From positions 11,162,001 through 11,226,000 of the forward strand of contig NC_045696.1 of assembly GCF_009834535.1 (NCBI RefSeq): a stretch of DNA of 64,000 nucleotides, given 5' to 3'. Position numbers and translations under genes: made by a program. Below, in pieces: positions 58,698 to 64,000 of the stretch. How positions within the stretch are numbered: position 1 is the stretch's first letter; the number at the start of each line of letters is the position of its first letter. The stretch comes from Camelus ferus (lineage: Eukaryota). The notes beneath the pieces were generated by a model. That model did no database searches. It was given only the letters and a program-made list of their open reading frames with translations, and was not told the DNA's origin.

Positions 58698-59895
58698 TGT
58701 CTATTTTTGTTAGGTTTCTGTGTTTTGCTTAATTGATGTTAATAAGCTACTTTTATTCCACAGAGACTTGCATTTTAGAGGTCAGATTTGACTTTTAAGA
58801 TTCCTTTGTTAATTGATGTTGTAGCTGACACATGCTGAATGAGGAATGTCATGGGTTTCCCAGATAAAATTCGGTCCTGTTCATTTAAAGCTCTGCGTGT
58901 ACCCACATCCCTCCTGCACACCTGGGCTCCTGGGAGTCTGCTGGGCCCTTGTCCCATGTCAGCACACAGCATCCCTGTCTGTCACCTGAGAGACGGCCGT
59001 TTATTTGCCCGGATGATACATACAGCACTGAGAATGGCTTGGTTTCAGCTTAAACACTTACCTTTCTGTTTACCTCCAGTGGTGTTTAGACTTTCTTCTG
59101 GTTTTTTTAATGACTTGGAAGATTTTTACCAAGAGTAATGCTGACCTGCACATGTCCCCTTACCACAGATAGGGCTCATTGACTAGAAAGCAAGGACCTG
59201 TTACCTGCCCTTTTCCCTCCCCCACAAACCCCCACAGTGATGTTCGTAGAATATTCTGAAGCCAGAATCCTTGGTTTCGATTCAAGTTGGAAAGGCCATG
59301 TATTCCCCTCTCCCGCTTCCACATCCCTGGGGCCCATCAATCTCCCTCCCCTCGTCTTCCCTTCCCACCACTGCCCCCAAGTCTGGCCCTCACCTCGGGG
59401 GACTTTTCTTTAGTCACCTGGGATGGGGGGGTGTTTATGGGTATGTGGCATGGTGCTGGCTCCTGGCCAGGGGCAGACTGTCAGGCACTAAAGAGCTAGG
59501 GTTTTGGGGGGTCTCACATCAGAGGTCACATGAAGTCACACCCAATATGGCACCCTCCTGCCACTTGGGCTTAGGCCCTGTCTGCCGGGCCAGGCTGCTT
59601 CCTCTGGGGAGACGCCTCCTTGGGCTCTGTCAGAAGTCTCGGGGAGGTCAGGTGTGATTCAGGTCCCTTGACCACAGTCAGTGACCCTGGCCAGGCACAC
59701 ACTGTTCCATTTTGGTAACAGTGACTATCAGTGGCAGATGGATGGGAAATTGGCAAGCCCTCGCTGGGCGTCCTGAAAAGAGACAGATCAGCCAAGCCAA
59801 CTCAGGGCCGATATTACAGAAGTAACAGTTGAAACTGAAAAGTGGCATAAAAAGATTAGTGAGTGAAGACTTTCAAATTTTTAATTCATACATAC

Positions 59896-59901
59896 TTTAT
59901 T
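59896..59901 (-). terminator. Candidate MRAP polyadenylation signal
   Basis: TTTATT on + (AATAAA on -), about 315 nt past the MRAP stop. Confidence 0.65.
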
Positions 59902-60215
59902 TCCAAATATTTCTCCCCTTCCCAAAGCAAGCATAAGCAGTAAGAAGGAGCTCAAGTAGGGTAAATAAAATGAGCAGTCTGGACTATTTCCCTCTGCTAG
60001 GTGGGTGATTGCCGGCCTTGGATAAAAGCAAACATGTGCCCACTTGTACTGTCATCTTGCCTAGGTGCACGTCCTGCCACTGTGAACGGGCTTTCAGAGG
60101 CACGTGTGTGTCCGGGTTGGCTGGAGTCCCCCGGTTCCCTCAGCAGCGGCTCCGGTCGGTTCTACGGTCAGGAGGTTGTGTCTGCAGGGGAGGCTCGCTG
60201 GGCTCGTTCCCGATG

Positions 60216-60489
60216 TCAGCGGATGCCGTGCGAGTCCGCGTCGAGGGCCAGTTCCCAGAGGAGAGCGGTGGGGGCCTGGGGGGTGGTGGGGGGCGAGGTG
60301 GAGGGGCTCTCCAGCTGCGGCTGCTGCTGGGCAGGGCTGGCTGCTCGGCGGCCTGATTCCTCACCCACGCTGGGTGGAGGCTGCGGGGTCCCCTGGGGGG
60401 CCCTGTGGCACAGGCAGTGCCTCCAGACGCAGAGCGGGAGGTTGAGACTGAGACTCCAGCGGCACATGGAGTGGCGCTGCGTGCTGTTC
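60216..60489 (-). CDS. MRAP: MRAP last coding exon (alpha-type)
   Basis: Acceptor tccacag|; NSTQRHSMCRWSLSLNLPLC...PTALLWELALDADSHGIR*, resembling recalled human NSPKHHQTCPWSHGLNLHLC...PTLLWELTL; phase 2 matches the TM exon. Confidence 0.9.
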
Positions 60490-62334
60490 CTGTGGACAGA
60501 GCAGATGGGGGGCAGGCATCCAAGCTGCCTGAAAGCAGTCCTTCCCGGGGGCTTTCCTGCTGCACCCTCCTGCCTGTCCAGGTCCCATAGGGGAGGCTTC
60601 TGGGCAAGAAGTCCTCTGTCAGGGGAGCAGTCCCCGGGGAGGGTCAGCCCGGCTCATCCAGGTCGCCCAGGTCGCCATGGTGGAGAAATGGAAGAGAAGA
60701 GGAAGTGCTTGATGGAGACCCTGACCTTGGGGCTTCCCCTTTGACCTCTGGTCACAGCTGGGGGGGTGAGGGGGAGGGGCAGGTTGACCTTCCCTCCGTC
60801 CACGTGTTTGAGTGTAGTTCATCTCATATCCATGCCTCAAGCCTACTTGTATCTTAGCCAGAAACCCATCCTCCCTGGACAGAGCCTCCTGCACTCGAGA
60901 TGCTGGGGGCAGTGGGCACGTCCCGCCTGCCCTCACTTTCATCAATGAAATGGGACTATAATTGCCTCGTGGGTATCATTAGGATGAGATGAAGCGATGT
61001 ACTGATAGCTGTCTAAGCTAGAGACCTAGTTTAAACATGGTTATCAGTGAATGAAGAAGGCCAGGAAGGGAGCATGAGGGAGCAGAGTCCTCCTTTCTGA
61101 TGATTCAGATGATGGTAGCATGATTTTTTCTTTTTAAGTGTGGACAGAACCTTGGGAAGCAACTTGGCATCTTCATTCCTAAATCTAACTAAGCACCCTT
61201 TTGGCTGCCCTGAGCATTCCTCATCTGTTAGAAAGTTCCTGGAGAGCATTTTCTTTAGTGAGCCATGTGGCCAGTCAGGGCAAACAGTGTCAGCATTTCG
61301 CCCTGTTGTAAAATTGTATGTAGCCCAGAAGATGCTCAAGACCCCTGTGTGCCCACAGAACCGGGGAACTTTCCACTTGCAAACTGTTGTAGCATAGGGC
61401 TTGCTCTAATTCACCTCAGAAGAGCAGAAAAGAATGGTAATTTCATTAGTTAGTCCCTCAGGGATCTCTTAGGGGTAAATATCGGCTTAGATTCGATGTG
61501 AGTTCTAAATACTGAAAGAAAAGAATGGATTTCTTCATTGCTGGAAAGCCAGTCCCTGCCTCCCACGTGTGACCCAGAGAAACCAGATAGAGAAATGACC
61601 TGTTGTGTGTAGACCTGGTGGATGAGACACTGTGGGCAGGGTGAGTGGGGGAGGGGGTAGAGGAAACAGAGGCCCCTCGAGGTGGGTCTGTCCACAGGTG
61701 CTCACAGGAACGGGCAGTGGGACCCTCTCGGGCACAGGGGCTGCCATCTCTGGATCTTTCAGGGGCTTAGAGGCTCCTCATCCCTTCCTGTCCCAGAACA
61801 GCTCTGCTCACCTCTCCCTGCTACCAGCCTCCTAGGCTGACATGGTTTCCACTCCCCAAGACTTCTTGGTCCACAATGGATTCCAGTCCTGTCTTCCTCC
61901 TGGTCCCCCAGGGCCTCCAGGTGCCAGCTTTCCTGCCAGGCCTCACGTGCCCAGGGGCATTGGCCAGCCCTGGACCAGCCATCTCCTGGTTAGCTGCCCA
62001 CCCCGGTCCCATCAGCTGCGGCCGGGAGAGAGATGGTATAGGGACCCTAGTAAGCACTGTCACCGGGGCAGCGGTAGCTGCATTGGGCAGATGAAGCTAC
62101 CTGGGAGAACCGGACAACTGTCTAGTAAGGAGAATTAACAAGTCCTGAGCTCGGCTCGAATCACTACTCGGAACTCATAGATTTTACCCCCAATTTAATT
62201 TACCCACTGAGGCACACAGTAGGCATTCAATGACAGACAGTGGCCATAGATGCCTCAGTGAGGGTCCCATTTTCCTGGTGAGCTGGTTGGCAAGACCTAA
62301 CTAACACAGAGAGTCACCTTGGCTTCACTGTCTG

Positions 62335-62710
62335 CAACAGCTTAACTGAGATCTGTTTTATACACAACGAAATTCTTCCTTTTAAAATGTAAAATTCAGT
62401 CATCTTTAGTATATTACCCTGAGTTGTGTGACCACCACAATCTGTTTCAGAATATTTACACCATTCCCCCCAAAATCCCTGTACCCGTCGGCAGTCACTC
62501 CCCTTCCTCTGCCTCCCCCAGCCCTAGGCGACCGCTAGCTGTTCTCTGTCTCTACAGGTTTGCCTCTTCTAGGCACTTCACATCCCCGGAATCGCACGAC
62601 GGTGGCCTTCAGTGTCTGGCTTCTCTCACGTAGCCCGATGCCTCCAAGGTTCATCCGTGTTGCAGCATGAACCGGCTTCATTCCTTTCTGTGGCCAAATA
62701 ACATTCCACC
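62335..62710 (-). mobile_element. L1MB-type 3' end
   Basis: GAGTTGTGTGACCACCACAATCT..TCCAAGGTTCATCCGTGTTGCAGCATG. Confidence 0.75.
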
Positions 62711-62779
62711 CTGAGGACAGATGGTCACTCCCTACTTGGCCGGGTAAGTCACCACCGCCCCCGCGCCACCCTTACTCAC

Positions 62780-62879
62780 CTGGTCTGCGAGGGGCCTGAC
62801 CAGGACATGTAGAGCAGGATGAGGAAGAGAAACAGCACGAAAGCAGCCAGGCTCACCCAGAAGGCGATGACGATCGAGT
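62780..62879 (-). CDS. MRAP: MRAP (melanocortin 2 receptor accessory protein) transmembrane exon
   Basis: 100-nt exon [32 protein letters not shown]; acceptor cccgcag|, donor |gtgagt; the first coding exon lies outside the window. Confidence 0.96.
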
Positions 62880-64000
62880 CTGCGGGAGGGGGACACGCGT
62901 CTCCACGTCAGTGAGGGAGATACGGGCCCCCACGTGCTGTGGGAACAGGGCCCTGAGTGTAAGCGTTCCTGGCTGTGACCAGGGAGAAGATGTTTCCATT
63001 ACCCTTGAGAAGGAACAGGGCAGCAGGGACCTGGCTTTTTCCCTGAGCCACTGGCCACTGGGTCAGCTTAGGGTGGACACTGAGTGGAAAAGAGTAACTG
63101 AGATTAGGTGGCATCTCATGGATTTGTTTTATCGGCTGCTCCTGCTGCTCAGAGGATGATTTCCGCTCCCGTCTCTCTCCCTGGGAGGGAGAAGAAAGAT
63201 CTGTGGGAAACCTCGTGCGGCAGACTGGCCTCCCCTTCCCAGTGAGGGCTGCGGCCCCTACCAGGAGCCTTTCATGACCAGCCCATTGGGGACAGCTTCA
63301 GAGACCCCAAGATGAGAGACTTAGAGAAAGGATGTGTGCAGACAATGGTGCCAGCTGCTCCACGGAGGGCCAGGCCCTTCCCTCTGCAGAGTAGTTAACC
63401 GTGGCCCGCCCTGGCCAGCCTGCTCGGGGACGTGGGGAGAGCTGGCCCCTTTCTTGGCGGTGGACAAGGGGCCAGGGGAAACCAGAAAAGACGCTTAGAC
63501 CTTTCCAGGCCCTGGGTCGAACCTCGCAGGTCAGGAGTGCCTTTTCTCTGGGGCTCCAGTTCAGGAACATTCGGCAAATTGCTAGGGAACTGCAGCCACC
63601 TGACAGTTTTTCTTGGTGGTTGTCTATGGCTGTGGGCACCAAGTACCAGCTCATAATTAGTGTCTGCAAGCATCTCATCCCAGACCCACATGCCCCAGGA
63701 TGAGATGCCCCCAACCGGGATGTGCTAGGTGCCTACATGTGGGACCAAAGGAGGCTACTAAAGGATGCTAATCAGCAGGTAGGTATTAAGCACCTTTGTG
63801 AGCCAGGTCCTGCTGGAGGCTGTTAAGGATTCAGAGCAGGCCAACCTGGCACCCCAGAAACCACTGACACCTTTCCCCTGCCCCTCCTCCTGCAGCATCC
63901 TCCTCGAAACCCCTGTTGTACCAGCAGCGCTAGCCCTGCCCTGCTTTCTGTTCAAAGAGATGTTTTTGTGTTGTATTTAAAGGAAAAGATGTTTATAAAT

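Noticed and set aside
60001..60744. 247-aa plus-strand ORF
   Set aside because: Antisense shadow of the GC-rich MRAP last exon; non-ATG start; no recognisable domain.
62205..62260. 10-bp inverted repeat CACTGAGGCA...TGCCTCAGTG as a pre-miRNA
   Set aside because: The stem is too short with a 36-nt loop; expected by chance in 64 kb.
1..64000. CRISPR arrays, operons, prophage or other prokaryotic systems; U12-type introns
   Set aside because: The sequence is a spliced mammalian locus with no repeat-spacer arrays, and no donor matches the U12 consensus RTATCCT.

Overview
Mammalian genomic DNA, most likely from a camelid: two tRNA-derived SINEs match the Camelidae-restricted Vic-1 family as I recall it. 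It is not prokaryotic, and nearly all entries in the ORF track are incidental. The + strand carries 37 GT-AG exons of URB1 (NPA1, nucleolar pre-ribosomal-associated protein 1). These correspond to human exons 3-39, with the stop at 58170-58172; the 5' end lies upstream of the window. The exons sum to 6535 nt, one base more than 2178 codons, because of an extra T at 1099-1101. The - strand carries the transmembrane exon and the alpha-type last exon of MRAP, convergent with URB1 as on human chr21q22. Introns contain MIR, L2, L1, MER and MLT relics. Main observations: (1) a recognisable counterpart of the human MRAP-beta exon, with an intact acceptor, lies antisense inside the URB1 3' UTR, and splicing to it would give an immediate stop (tailless MRAP); (2) the URB1 frameshift, probably an assembly error; (3) an unidentified ~200-nt poly(A)-tailed, TSD-flanked retrocopy; (4) interlocked poly(A) signals of the two genes; (5) altered C-termini in both proteins. 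All comparisons with human proteins and repeat consensuses are from memory, not from searches. I found no evidence of a new multi-gene system.
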